DNA from: a virus
Taxonomy: Duplodnaviria; Caudoviricetes
Direction: 5' to 3' (one strand)
Length of the DNA stretch: 44,457 nucleotides
IMG/VR virus record: IMGVR_UViG_3300020043_003642
Location: 1-44,457 of that record
The position numbers and the translations under genes are program-made. Under the pieces are notes generated by a model. The model was not told the DNA's origin, made no database searches, and saw only the letters and a list, made by a program, of their open reading frames with translations. The first letter of the stretch is position 1. Every line of letters starts with the position of its first letter. Positions 1-7,963 of this stretch are shown here, piece by piece.

Positions 1-31
1 AAGTGAGGTATGTATGTCAAGTAAATACACT
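1..31 (+). repeat. 31-bp direct repeat, copy 1 (identical to 3025-3055)
   Basis: AAGTGAGGTATGTATGTCAAGTAAATACACT at both 1-31 and 3025-3055. Confidence 0.9.
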
Positions 32-149
32 GTGCACTATTTATTTTACAGTTGACAAAGAGGGGGAGGTGTGCATGGGATTATGCCAATAACCGTATAG
101 TATTACGCCAGTAAACGGATGGTATTTCAGGGGGTATAGTATGGGTATG

Positions 150-178
150 TTGCGTAGTTACTAGTCGTGTGGTATATT
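150..178 (+). promoter_or_regulatory. putative sigma70 promoter
   Basis: TTGCGT-17bp-TATATT with TG extension, upstream of ORF 236. Confidence 0.45.
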
Positions 179-235
179 CCATCTATAGGTCTGGCAATAA
201 CCGTGTGATAACAGTTAATAACTAAGAGGTATGCG

Positions 236-412
236 ATGTATAAGTATGCAGTAATAGACAGATTGAACGGCCAAGTTAACTTAGAGACTAACGACTTACA
301 TGAGGCATATGCACGCCTTCAAGAGTTAGACTTAGTAATAGAACCTGGCAGGTTTGCTATCGTAGATCTGACTAAGATGTCTATCGATGAGGTATTGCTC
401 AGTCAAATTTAG
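236..412 (+). CDS. hypothetical protein, 58 aa (not in ORF track)
   Basis: ATG at 236 after GAGGT RBS, open to TAG 410-412 (MYKYAVIDRLNGQVNLE...). Confidence 0.6.
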   Translation: MYKYAVIDRLNGQVNLETNDLHEAYARLQELDLVIEPGRFAIVDLTKMSIDEVLLSQI

Positions 413-617
413 TGATGCCAGACGAACAACCACCCGTTCCATACCATATGCGGCCCTTAGAGTCGACTTCAACCTTACCCTTTAGGTTAGGGGTAGGGAA
501 ATGGCGATCGAGGCGTGTATCGCAAATGGTGCAGTTCTGTGAGGTGCTATCAGAAGCCTTGACTAGGCGTTGTTCATCAGTATTGCATTTTGGACATGTG
601 TAGTTGTAAAATGGCAT
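399..617 (-). CDS. FmdB-family zinc-ribbon protein
   Basis: MPFYNYTCPKC...CTIC matches the MPxYxYxCxxC...CxxC signature. Confidence 0.75.
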   Translation of the reverse strand: MPFYNYTCPKCNTDEQRLVKASDSTSQNCTICDTRLDRHFPTPNLKGKVEVDSKGRIWYGTGGCSSGITKFD

Positions 618-635
618 GATATGTGTACTTACCTA

Positions 636-664
636 TTGACAGTCTTACAGAAATATGATACCCT
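636..664 (+). promoter_or_regulatory. sigma70 promoter preceding conserved element copy 1
   Basis: TTGACA(636-641)-17bp-TACCCT(659-664) with TGn extension. Confidence 0.6.
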
Positions 665-674
665 AAACCCATAG

Positions 675-713
675 GTTGCCCGGTTGGGCTTCTTAGTTAA
701 CTATATAGTTAGT
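675..713 (+). repeat. conserved 39-bp palindrome-containing element, copy 1
   Basis: GTTGCCCGGTTGGGCTTCTTAGTTAACTATATAGTTAGT; exact reverse complement at 12840-12878; 26-bp core also at 33388-33413. Confidence 0.9.
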
Positions 714-742
714 CCCCTTGAAGTGGGGGCCCTGAGTGGCTC

Positions 743-952
743 TCAGTGGCATTTAGTGGGTGGTTTCTTAGGGGCCATAAAGGGGTCATCTAGGTCACTA
801 CTACTGTCTAATGAGCTGATCAGTGCTTTAAGCTCTTCAGTTCTTTTCTTAGACTTAATATTAGACACTATTGTACTGATGACGTACAAAACCCCGAAAG
901 CTGAGATATACCCTACGAATACACCGCTTGAAATTGTAATGAAATCAATCAT
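743..952 (-). CDS. small membrane protein
   Basis: N-terminal hydrophobic helix, charged tail, GAGGA RBS, downstream of holin. Confidence 0.6.
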   Translation of the reverse strand: MIDFITISSGVFVGYISAFGVLYVISTIVSNIKSKKRTEELKALISSLDSSSDLDDPFMAPKKPPTKCH

Positions 953-997
953 TTCTTTCGATTCCTCATATATGTTATATTAAAAGAGAAAGATACT

Positions 998-1396
998 TTA
1001 TTTATCCACCTGCTTAATCTTTTCAACAGTACGTAAACCACCTAAACCTAATAACCCACCTAATACATATAATAACGCGTCCATATCAAATCTAGGTATT
1101 TGTGATACATCTACACCTGATACGCTAGCTATAGATATGAGTAATGGCACGATTAGGAAGTGGTAAGCGAATGCTACCCCACATACCCATCCAATAAAAG
1201 GCCTCCAACGACTCACAAATGGGTCTTGGCTCTCAGCCTCATTCTTATTGACCTCTAATTGACCTACAAGCAAGTCTAGCTCACCCTTAGCAGCCAATAG
1301 CGCCAATTCTTGTTTAGCCTTTTCAGATGCCGTCTTATCTGGCAGCAGCCTATCTAATAGATTACCTATAATTGGTAGGAATGCAGTTACACTCAT
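998..1396 (-). CDS. holin, 3-TM GTA-release type
   Basis: EVNKNEA...FVSRWRPFIGWVCG and GLLGLGGLRTVEK motifs of the GTA_holin_3TM family. Confidence 0.85.
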   Translation of the reverse strand: MSVTAFLPIIGNLLDRLLPDKTASEKAKQELALLAAKGELDLLVGQLEVNKNEAESQDPFVSRWRPFIGWVCGVAFAYHFLIVPLLISIASVSGVDVSQIPRFDMDALLYVLGGLLGLGGLRTVEKIKQVDK

Positions 1397-1430
1397 CTAC
1401 TCTCTCCAATATGATCCCATTGTGACTAAT

Positions 1431-1459
1431 ACTATACACCTAAGCTATAGGACTGTCAA
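1431..1459 (-). promoter_or_regulatory. sigma70 promoter for holin unit
   Basis: minus-strand TTGACA-17bp-TATAGT; inverted repeat CCTAAC-TTC-GTTAGG (1461-1475) directly upstream. Confidence 0.6.
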
Positions 1460-1524
1460 GCCTAACTTCGTTAGGGACCAGAGCCAATGTATAACTGTTT
1501 GATATTATTAGTAAACTATAATGC

Positions 1525-1552
1525 TTGATCTGAATTACCGCTATGCTATTCT
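1525..1552 (+). promoter_or_regulatory. putative early promoter
   Basis: TTGATC-16bp-TATTCT with TGn extension, upstream of 1589. Confidence 0.4.
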
Positions 1553-1588
1553 ATAACCATAGGAAGAGAACATTAAGAGGTAAATTGT

Positions 1589-1807
1589 ATGAAGATCCAC
1601 AACGTATTACGCAAGTTAATTTTTAAAGGTAACAACTTAAAGAGAGATGATTTACAAGGAACTAAGTTCACCGAAAAAGTACCTGACTTACGAGGAGCTA
1701 ACTTGGCAGTAGCTGATTTTACAGGGATAGAGGCTAATTTACAAAAAGGAGTCGATTTACGAGGAGCTGATTTAAAAGGTGCTAATTTATACGAAGAGGA
1801 AGATTAA
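1589..1807 (+). CDS. short pentapeptide-repeat protein
   Basis: DLRGANLAVADF, DLRGADLKGANL repeats; GAGGT RBS. Confidence 0.75.
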   Translation: MKIHNVLRKLIFKGNNLKRDDLQGTKFTEKVPDLRGANLAVADFTGIEANLQKGVDLRGADLKGANLYEEED

Positions 1808-1812
1808 AGTGT

Positions 1813-2238
1813 ATGCCTTTAGATGTAACATATACAACAGAAGAGCGAATGAAGATTCTAACTATAATGTTCGATAAATATGTGAAGAAATATGGTTTAG
1901 GTAAGCATAAATTAAAATTCAAGGATTTTAATGGGACATTAGGGATGTATGATTATAATAAACTAATAGTGTATATATCTAATGAGGTAGTTGAAGATTA
2001 TGCTTTCATAGAGGCTGTAGAGACATTGAAACACGAGATATGTCACGCCTTAGCGTGTAGAGATGACAGGTATATAAGTGGGCACGGGAAAACCTTTAGA
2101 AAGTACTGTAGGGAATTTAAGATTTGGGAAAGACCATACAGTAAGCACTGTATATTTAGAATAAGAATGAGTGGCTATAGAAAACATATGTTAAAATATA
2201 ACGGCTTCGAAGGCTGTAATTTCAGGATATATTATTAG
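1813..2238 (+). CDS. SprT-like zinc metalloprotease
   Basis: TLKHEICHAL (HExxH) followed by GHGKTFRKYC. Confidence 0.8.
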   Translation: MPLDVTYTTEERMKILTIMFDKYVKKYGLGKHKLKFKDFNGTLGMYDYNKLIVYISNEVVEDYAFIEAVETLKHEICHALACRDDRYISGHGKTFRKYCREFKIWERPYSKHCIFRIRMSGYRKHMLKYNGFEGCNFRIYY

Positions 2239-2267
2239 TTGTATTTTGTAGCTAAATCAGTTATATT
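2239..2267 (+). promoter_or_regulatory. putative sigma70 promoter
   Basis: TTGTAT-17bp-TATATT. Confidence 0.45.
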
Positions 2268-2282
2268 AAAGATATAGCGGCC

Positions 2283-2326
2283 CCTGCTTATCGGGTCCCT
2301 TACTCTGTAAGGCAATGATAAGTAGG
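2283..2326 (+). promoter_or_regulatory. long leader stem-loop with internal loop (possible RNase III site)
   Basis: CCTGCTTATC/GATAAGTAGG outer stem enclosing CCTTAC-TCT-GTAAGG. Confidence 0.5.
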
Positions 2327-2347
2327 CAAGTGAGAGGTAATCAGTGT

Positions 2348-2527
2348 ATGAGTAAGCAAGAAATGCAAAAAAAGAAACACCAGATACGTGGATATGATCG
2401 TTCAATAGAAGACCAAAAGAAAATAGATAGGGATTTAGCTGAAGATAAGGCTATGTTGGCTCTATTAATAGTAGTTTTCATAGCTTCAATACCGATGGCT
2501 CTAAGTCTTATAGGTATCCTGCCGTAA
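2348..2527 (+). CDS. small membrane protein (start revised to ATG 2348)
   Basis: GAGAGG RBS; C-terminal TM helix ending IGILP. Confidence 0.65.
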   Translation: MSKQEMQKKKHQIRGYDRSIEDQKKIDRDLAEDKAMLALLIVVFIASIPMALSLIGILP

Positions 2528-2551
2528 GGTAGGACATGGAGGTAATATAAC

Positions 2552-2749
2552 ATGAGAGCACCTAACTATAAACAAAAACTCGAGCAAATTCAAAGAACTC
2601 TGGCTTCAGTGGACAAAGAATATTGTCTAGCTAAGGACGAAGGAGACGACTATATAGCAGTAAACTTAACACCTCAAGAGAGACGTGCAGTTGAGTTGGC
2701 TGGCTATAGAGTAGTAGTTGGTGTACATTGCGATTTTATTTATACTTAA
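2552..2749 (+). CDS. hypothetical protein
   Basis: GGAGGT RBS, co-directional early cluster. Confidence 0.65.
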   Translation: MRAPNYKQKLEQIQRTLASVDKEYCLAKDEGDDYIAVNLTPQERRAVELAGYRVVVGVHCDFIYT

Positions 2750-2761
2750 GGTACTGTAACT

Positions 2762-3010
2762 ATGATCCACATCAGTTGTTTATATTATTGTACAGAATGT
2801 AAGTACACTACTGAGATTCCTATAACGGTGCAATGTATAGAGTACGATGGGGTACTGACATACTGTGAACATTGTGAAAAATACCAAACTATCAAGAACT
2901 TAGGAGAGGATCTCAATAATAAGCAGGAAGCTCTAGAAAGAAATGCTATACTATATAAAGAAGTTATGGTACATTTAAACAATACAGATAAGTTTCTTAA
3001 GAAGTTTTAA
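2762..3010 (+). CDS. zinc-ribbon hypothetical protein
   Basis: CTEC...CEHC pair. Confidence 0.6.
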   Translation: MIHISCLYYCTECKYTTEIPITVQCIEYDGVLTYCEHCEKYQTIKNLGEDLNNKQEALERNAILYKEVMVHLNNTDKFLKKF

Positions 3011-3024
3011 AAAGAGATAAAGGT

Positions 3025-3055
3025 AAGTGAGGTATGTATGTCAAGTAAATACACT
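3025..3055 (+). repeat. 31-bp direct repeat, copy 2 (RBS and first codons of ORF 3038)
   Basis: identical to 1-31. Confidence 0.9.
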
Positions 3056-3298
3056 AAATATGATCAATATGTAGTTACAGCGTTTGGTTTGTTCGGAGAT
3101 TTGAGAGTATCTAAGGATGTATATGCTTCACTATTTGAAAAGAAATTACACCCAAATAATGACAACGCATTTAAATCAGCTAAAGATAAATCTGTTGCTG
3201 CTATCACAAACAAATGCCCCAAGGCTACTAAAGAGCAAGTAGATAGTATGGCAGGTGTGGTATTACACTTAGCGTCACAATGCAAGTATGCACACTAA
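3038..3298 (+). CDS. hypothetical protein
   Basis: GAGGT RBS, 86 aa ORF. Confidence 0.65.
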   Translation: MSSKYTKYDQYVVTAFGLFGDLRVSKDVYASLFEKKLHPNNDNAFKSAKDKSVAAITNKCPKATKEQVDSMAGVVLHLASQCKYAH

Positions 3299-3325
3299 TA
3301 TTAAAAATGGTGAGGAGATTACACT

Positions 3326-3619
3326 ATGTCTAAAAACGTTTCTTATATAACAGCTAGCACAGCTGCTTACCTAGCTGATGATTATATTCTGACTATTAAC
3401 GATAGGTTACCGTATTTTTATGGGTTAATTAGAGAGCATGCTGAAAACGGTGTGTATAGTTGCGTATATGATATAACAAACCCAGCAGACTTTGGAGATA
3501 TGCCTCCAGATGTTGAACAGCAATTAAAGGATTATGGTTTTGAAATTACACGTTTCGAGAATCAAGGTTTTATATTAATTTCACGGGAACATGAATCAGG
3601 ATTACAAAGAGGTGAATAA
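3326..3619 (+). CDS. hypothetical protein
   Basis: GAGGAG RBS, 97 aa ORF. Confidence 0.65.
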   Translation: MSKNVSYITASTAAYLADDYILTINDRLPYFYGLIREHAENGVYSCVYDITNPADFGDMPPDVEQQLKDYGFEITRFENQGFILISREHESGLQRGE

Positions 3620-3620
3620 T

Positions 3621-4160
3621 ATGTTAAGTTACAATAAATTCTTAGAAGCAGTAGATAAGTACAAACAAGTCGATATCGAGGGCTTAATTAAAAACAGAGT
3701 ACTTACAGTAGTAGACTACTCGATACCTAGTTACCATCGCAGGATGTTCCTATTCGATATGAGTAAATTCAACGGTCTACATATGCCCACACCGCCTGAA
3801 GGAATAGATATCATGGGTTACTTAGTAGCTCACGGTAAGAACTCAGGAGGTACAATACCTCACAGCTTTTCTAACAAAATAGGTAGCCTCCAGTCCTCAT
3901 TAGGCGCTATACTTACACAGGGCACATATGTGGGGAAATATGGTAGGTCCTTAAAGCTTAGAGGCTTAGAGAAAGGGATTAACGATAATATAGGTGTACG
4001 TACTGTAGTAGTGCACGGTTCTAAATATGTGTCAGACGACTATGCTAAAGAGCACGGATCTATTGGTAGGTCTTGGGGCTGTCTAGCTGTAGACTTTAAA
4101 CATAAAGATCTACTCATAGACACTATTAAAGGTGGCTCACTGATAGTTTCGTTAAGCTGA
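3621..4160 (+). CDS. murein L,D-transpeptidase catalytic-domain protein (YkuD_2 type)
   Basis: VDYSIPS..RRMF, VAHGKNSG, FSN..GSLQSSLG, catalytic VVHG...GRSWGC; AGAGGTG RBS favours ATG 3621. Confidence 0.85.
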   Translation: MLSYNKFLEAVDKYKQVDIEGLIKNRVLTVVDYSIPSYHRRMFLFDMSKFNGLHMPTPPEGIDIMGYLVAHGKNSGGTIPHSFSNKIGSLQSSLGAILTQGTYVGKYGRSLKLRGLEKGINDNIGVRTVVVHGSKYVSDDYAKEHGSIGRSWGCLAVDFKHKDLLIDTIKGGSLIVSLS

Positions 4161-4167
4161 GGTTAAT

Positions 4168-4275
4168 GTGGTAGTTAAACTGATAATAACTAGTTGGTTA
4201 ATGCTTTGCGGGTTATTATTTATGTTAGGTCTACTGATACCTTTCAGTATATTCTTACCGATGTTTATGGGTTAA
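4168..4275 (+). CDS. small hydrophobic peptide, 35 aa (not in ORF track)
   Basis: GAGG RBS, GTG start, MVVKLIITSWLMLCGLLFMLGLLIPFSIFLPMFMG. Confidence 0.45.
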   Translation: MVVKLIITSWLMLCGLLFMLGLLIPFSIFLPMFMG

Positions 4276-4290
4276 GTTGGGAGTAGATCT

Positions 4291-5136
4291 GTGAGTAAAA
4301 AGACTTACACGATTAAATGGTTGAGTGATATACACCTAAACTTCTATAGAGAGAAAGAAGAACGCATAGATCTATATAAAAGCATAAACAGAGGTAGCTT
4401 TGACTCAATAATAATAACTGGTGATATAGCAGAGTCTGAGACGTTACACGAAGTACTGTTAGAGCTAAGTGAGAATATCACCAAGGATGTATACTTCGTC
4501 TTAGGGAATCACGATTTCTATGGTGGAAGTGTAGACAGTTCAAGCACGATAGCTGAGGAGTTCTCATTATTTGTAGATGAGCGTATCTGTTATTTACCAG
4601 ACCACAGTTATGTTGCTTTAAACAAGGAATTAGGTCTCTGTTTAGTGGGTGAGAACGGTTGGGCAGACGGTAGGAACGGCAGTGGGATAGATTCTTACGT
4701 CAGCTTAAACGACCAATACTACATAGAGGATCTAAATGAGGCTTACGGTAATGGTTATAGATCTGAACTGTTTCGTAAAATGCAACAGTTGGCGGATTGG
4801 GATGCTGATTCGTTAAATGATAAGCTGATGAGTCTACCTAAGTGGTGTACTAAATTAATAGTAGCTACACATATACCCCCTTTCACTGAAACTTCCCGAT
4901 ATCGTGGGAAACCGCCCAGCCCTGACTTTTTACCGTTCTATTCTAGCCAAATATTAGGAGACACGCTTAAAACCTTCGCAGAAAAACACCCACACATTCA
5001 AATACTTAGCATTTCAGGGCATACACACGGTGGTGGTAAAGCGCAAATATTGCCAAATCTAGTTGCTAAAACACACAATTCAGATTACTTTAATCTTAAA
5101 GCTAAACTTCTTAGATTTAAGAGCGACGAGGAGTAA
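4291..5136 (+). CDS. calcineurin-like metallophosphoesterase
   Basis: SDIH, TGDIAE, LGNHD, ATHIPP, SGHTH motifs. Confidence 0.9.
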   Translation: MSKKTYTIKWLSDIHLNFYREKEERIDLYKSINRGSFDSIIITGDIAESETLHEVLLELSENITKDVYFVLGNHDFYGGSVDSSSTIAEEFSLFVDERICYLPDHSYVALNKELGLCLVGENGWADGRNGSGIDSYVSLNDQYYIEDLNEAYGNGYRSELFRKMQQLADWDADSLNDKLMSLPKWCTKLIVATHIPPFTETSRYRGKPPSPDFLPFYSSQILGDTLKTFAEKHPHIQILSISGHTHGGGKAQILPNLVAKTHNSDYFNLKAKLLRFKSDEE

Positions 5137-5139
5137 GGT

Positions 5140-5670
5140 ATGGATAGGTTTTACAGATTCATGATAGGTGTAGCCTTCACTTTTTTACTGTTCAGTATAT
5201 TTGTACGTGCAGCATATTCTGGGGAAAGTATCTTTGAGGATCAAAGAGATGAATATACAATAACAGGTCAATTAGAACCTAAAGACGCTATAGCTATCCA
5301 GCAATTAAAAGAGAGGGGCACCATTAAAATAAGCAGTATAGGAGGAGATGCTGGCTTAGCCGACCTGATATTAAAGGAAGTGATTGACAAGAAGCTTAAC
5401 ACAGTATGCTTAGATCTCTGTGCAAGTGCTGGGGCGGTAATATTTCTAGCGGGGGCCTCACATTTTGGTCAACAAGTTGGAGCCGATCTGATATTTCACG
5501 CACCAGGCATAGACTTACCAGATGGCAGTAGAATGTTAGCTCCCAAAGCCTATATAGACCACTGGAAAGAAACTTACGTATATCTAGGGGTAGATAAGTT
5601 AATGAGTGAAACACAGTGGGACGCGATGTGGTCAAGAGCTGAAGTTGTCATAGAGATTCCAATTAAATAG
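5140..5670 (+). CDS. ClpP/crotonase-fold serine peptidase with N-terminal signal peptide (paralog 1)
   Basis: ISSIGG, CLDLCASAGAVIFLAG (Ser), LIFHAP (His); hydrophobic N-terminus. Confidence 0.7.
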   Translation: MDRFYRFMIGVAFTFLLFSIFVRAAYSGESIFEDQRDEYTITGQLEPKDAIAIQQLKERGTIKISSIGGDAGLADLILKEVIDKKLNTVCLDLCASAGAVIFLAGASHFGQQVGADLIFHAPGIDLPDGSRMLAPKAYIDHWKETYVYLGVDKLMSETQWDAMWSRAEVVIEIPIK

Positions 5671-5688
5671 TTAAGGAGCGAAAAGAAA

Positions 5689-6225
5689 ATGACTGGTATA
5701 GTAGTAGATATTTACAAAAACGAGATATTCGTATTCGCAGATGGTAGGGTAACTAATGACGACTACGTGTTCACAGATAAAGACGATAAGATCCATAAGC
5801 TCGGAGAAAGGGACATCATTACCATGACTGGCGGTTGTGAGATTATAGACCAAGCTATAGAGCTAATTAGGGACGGGAATCTAAGTATAGAGTCTGTTAA
5901 AGAGATTACAGGGAGTGGTATTATCATCTATGTTACAGACGAGCTTATACACGAATGGACAATAGACAACGTTAAAGATACTAAAGACTCCCCTAGCAAT
6001 AATGGGACAGCTACCTATAAACATAAGGTTCTACCCCTATTCTTCGGCTCAGGAACTGAAGCGTTAGCTGGCGCCTATGAGTTAGCTCAACCTAGAAAAG
6101 CTAAGAACTCTAAAGACTACCAGAAAACTATGGAGAGCATTTTCCTAGCTGCAAGTAAGAGAGTGTCTAGTATGGGCCCTCTGCACCAAACTGAAAGCTT
6201 TAAACTACCTAAAAGGAAAAAATAA
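5689..6225 (+). CDS. HslV/proteasome-beta-like Ntn threonine protease
   Basis: after Met removal Thr1, Asp17 (ADGR) and Lys33 fall at canonical spacing; FFGSG motif. Confidence 0.75.
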   Translation: MTGIVVDIYKNEIFVFADGRVTNDDYVFTDKDDKIHKLGERDIITMTGGCEIIDQAIELIRDGNLSIESVKEITGSGIIIYVTDELIHEWTIDNVKDTKDSPSNNGTATYKHKVLPLFFGSGTEALAGAYELAQPRKAKNSKDYQKTMESIFLAASKRVSSMGPLHQTESFKLPKRKK

Positions 6226-6228
6226 GCC

Positions 6229-6696
6229 ATGAAGATTTACGATCTAAGGGGCTATTTAATCTTCGAAGACGAAGAACTTCAAGACTTACAACACGCCGAT
6301 TTACGAGGAGTTGATTTAGAGGGAGCTAATTTATATGGAGCTAATTTAGAAGGAGCTGACTTACGAGGAGCTAACTTAGATAAAGCTAACCTAAGATTGG
6401 CTAATTTAAGGTACGCTAATTTAGAAGGGGCTTATTTATACGGCACCGATCTAGAAGGAGCTAATTTAGAAGACCTCAAAGGTAAAAGGATTCTAACATT
6501 CTCAGTGCCAGGAAAGCAGTTTGCGTATTACTGTGATGATTATATTAAGATAGGTGGTACTAAAGCAAGTATAGCTCAATGGTTATGTAATTATAAAGCT
6601 ATATGTAAACGTTGGGACCTCTCTAAAGAAGAGATAGAACTATATGGCGACTTCATTAAAATGTGTGCTAAGTTAAATAAAGAGGATAAAAAATAA
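6229..6696 (+). CDS. pentapeptide-repeat protein
   Basis: about 12 A(D/N)LxG repeats plus C-terminal IKIG..SIAQW domain. Confidence 0.85.
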   Translation: MKIYDLRGYLIFEDEELQDLQHADLRGVDLEGANLYGANLEGADLRGANLDKANLRLANLRYANLEGAYLYGTDLEGANLEDLKGKRILTFSVPGKQFAYYCDDYIKIGGTKASIAQWLCNYKAICKRWDLSKEEIELYGDFIKMCAKLNKEDKK

Positions 6697-6923
6697 TGGG
6701 TAGTCAGCACGTGGCTTTAACTGAACAAGTAAAGCTGAGACTTAAAGAGCTTAGAGCTCAAGGTTTAAGCCTACATAAAATTGCAAAAGAGACAGGTGTA
6801 GCCTATAATATCGTTACCAGAGAGCTCATGACACCGAAAGGCGTAGGGTTCTTAACTGATCTTTCAACAGAACTAGGCGGCAACCTGTACAGATTAGCGA
6901 GGAGAGGGGCATACAATGAGTAA
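6696..6923 (+). CDS. helix-turn-helix DNA-binding protein
   Basis: LRAQGLSLHKIAKETGVAYNIVTREL. Confidence 0.7.
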   Translation: MGSQHVALTEQVKLRLKELRAQGLSLHKIAKETGVAYNIVTRELMTPKGVGFLTDLSTELGGNLYRLARRGAYNE

Positions 6924-7404
6924 TAATGGTGAAATACAACACAAACACATAATGATCAGAGCTGAGTGTAAGAGAGCCCCTCACGACACTCCAGAAGGGA
7001 AGATGGACCTTAACACATCGCTCTCTCAGCTGATCCAATCTATCGGTATGAAGATATGTCTACCAGCTAGATGTATATACATAGATGTAGAAGATAATGA
7101 AGGATATACCGGGAACATCGGTCTTTCGACATCGCACGCAGCATACCATTGGTGGGATACTCCAGATCCAGCCCTGTTAGTCAACAAAGGTGCTAGCTTA
7201 GTCCAATTCGATTTATATACATGTGGGTGTTTAGAGGCGGACGGAGTGTTGAAGTGCTTACAGTGGATAGATAGATGGGGTATATTGACAGTTGAAGTAG
7301 CTTATTTAGATAGGGCACACACTTTAGCTGATATAAGGACATATTATGAGTCTGGGGACGTCGTCGATTTACAGAGAGTAGTTAAATGCCTGAATCTTTC
7401 ATAG
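6916..7404 (+). CDS. speD: pyruvoyl-dependent AdoMet-decarboxylase-like protein (SpeD family)
   Basis: HKHIMIRAE, GYTG...LSTSHAAYHWWD (self-cleavage SH), QFDLYTCG. Confidence 0.75.
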   Translation: MSNNGEIQHKHIMIRAECKRAPHDTPEGKMDLNTSLSQLIQSIGMKICLPARCIYIDVEDNEGYTGNIGLSTSHAAYHWWDTPDPALLVNKGASLVQFDLYTCGCLEADGVLKCLQWIDRWGILTVEVAYLDRAHTLADIRTYYESGDVVDLQRVVKCLNLS

Positions 7405-7568
7405 ATGAGCCGCTAAGTGAAGAGTCTTTAACTGAGGCACTTGAGGGGATACTTTTGTCTGCTAAGCTTGAAGACTTCACTGAAAGAGAGTTGGAAAGTA
7501 TGCGTTTAGCAGATAAGAATTCTTTTAGGTATATGGTTTACGAAAAACTTTCAATAGGGGAGCGATAA
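7386..7568 (+). CDS. acidic hypothetical protein
   Basis: overlaps upstream gene, Glu-rich. Confidence 0.5.
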   Translation: MPESFIDEPLSEESLTEALEGILLSAKLEDFTERELESMRLADKNSFRYMVYEKLSIGER

Positions 7569-7569
7569 A

Positions 7570-7728
7570 ATGGTAATAGAAATGAAAGCTAAAGGAGAAG
7601 ATCAGAATATTCAGCTTATTGTAGAAGTTGACGAGCATTGCCATAGAAACGATATACTCAAAGTATTTATAGCTTTCTTGGAAGCTATGACGTACCACAC
7701 AACAGATATAAAAGAGGAATTATTGTGA
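7570..7728 (+). CDS. hypothetical protein, 52 aa (not in ORF track)
   Basis: GGGGAG RBS, MVIEMKAKGEDQ...KEELL, stop overlaps next ATG. Confidence 0.6.
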   Translation: MVIEMKAKGEDQNIQLIVEVDEHCHRNDILKVFIAFLEAMTYHTTDIKEELL

Positions 7729-7961
7729 TGAGTATATATGTTACAGTTAAGGTACAGAAAAAAGAACAAGGAGGTGCACTCCAAGATTTAAAAACTTTGT
7801 ACACTTTGTTAATCGACGGGACGACTCGAGAAGAGTATGACAAGAGGATTTCTGATTTGACGGCACATCTGAGGAAGTTCTTAGAGCAGTCAGGTAACGT
7901 AGATTTTGACACACAAAGCATTGAACACAGTAGTAAGCCTTTTGGTTTTGAGGAGATATAA
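7728..7961 (+). CDS. hypothetical protein
   Basis: AGAGGA RBS, TGATG coupling. Confidence 0.6.
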   Translation: MSIYVTVKVQKKEQGGALQDLKTLYTLLIDGTTREEYDKRISDLTAHLRKFLEQSGNVDFDTQSIEHSSKPFGFEEI

Positions 7962-7963
7962 TT

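Noticed and set aside
684-983. 99-aa plus-strand ORF after the orphan promoter
   Set aside because: TTG start without SD, runs through the repeat element and is antisense to 743-952
6290-6470. 15-bp periodic DNA repeats as a possible CRISPR or VNTR
   Set aside because: Explained by pentapeptide coding; no spacers
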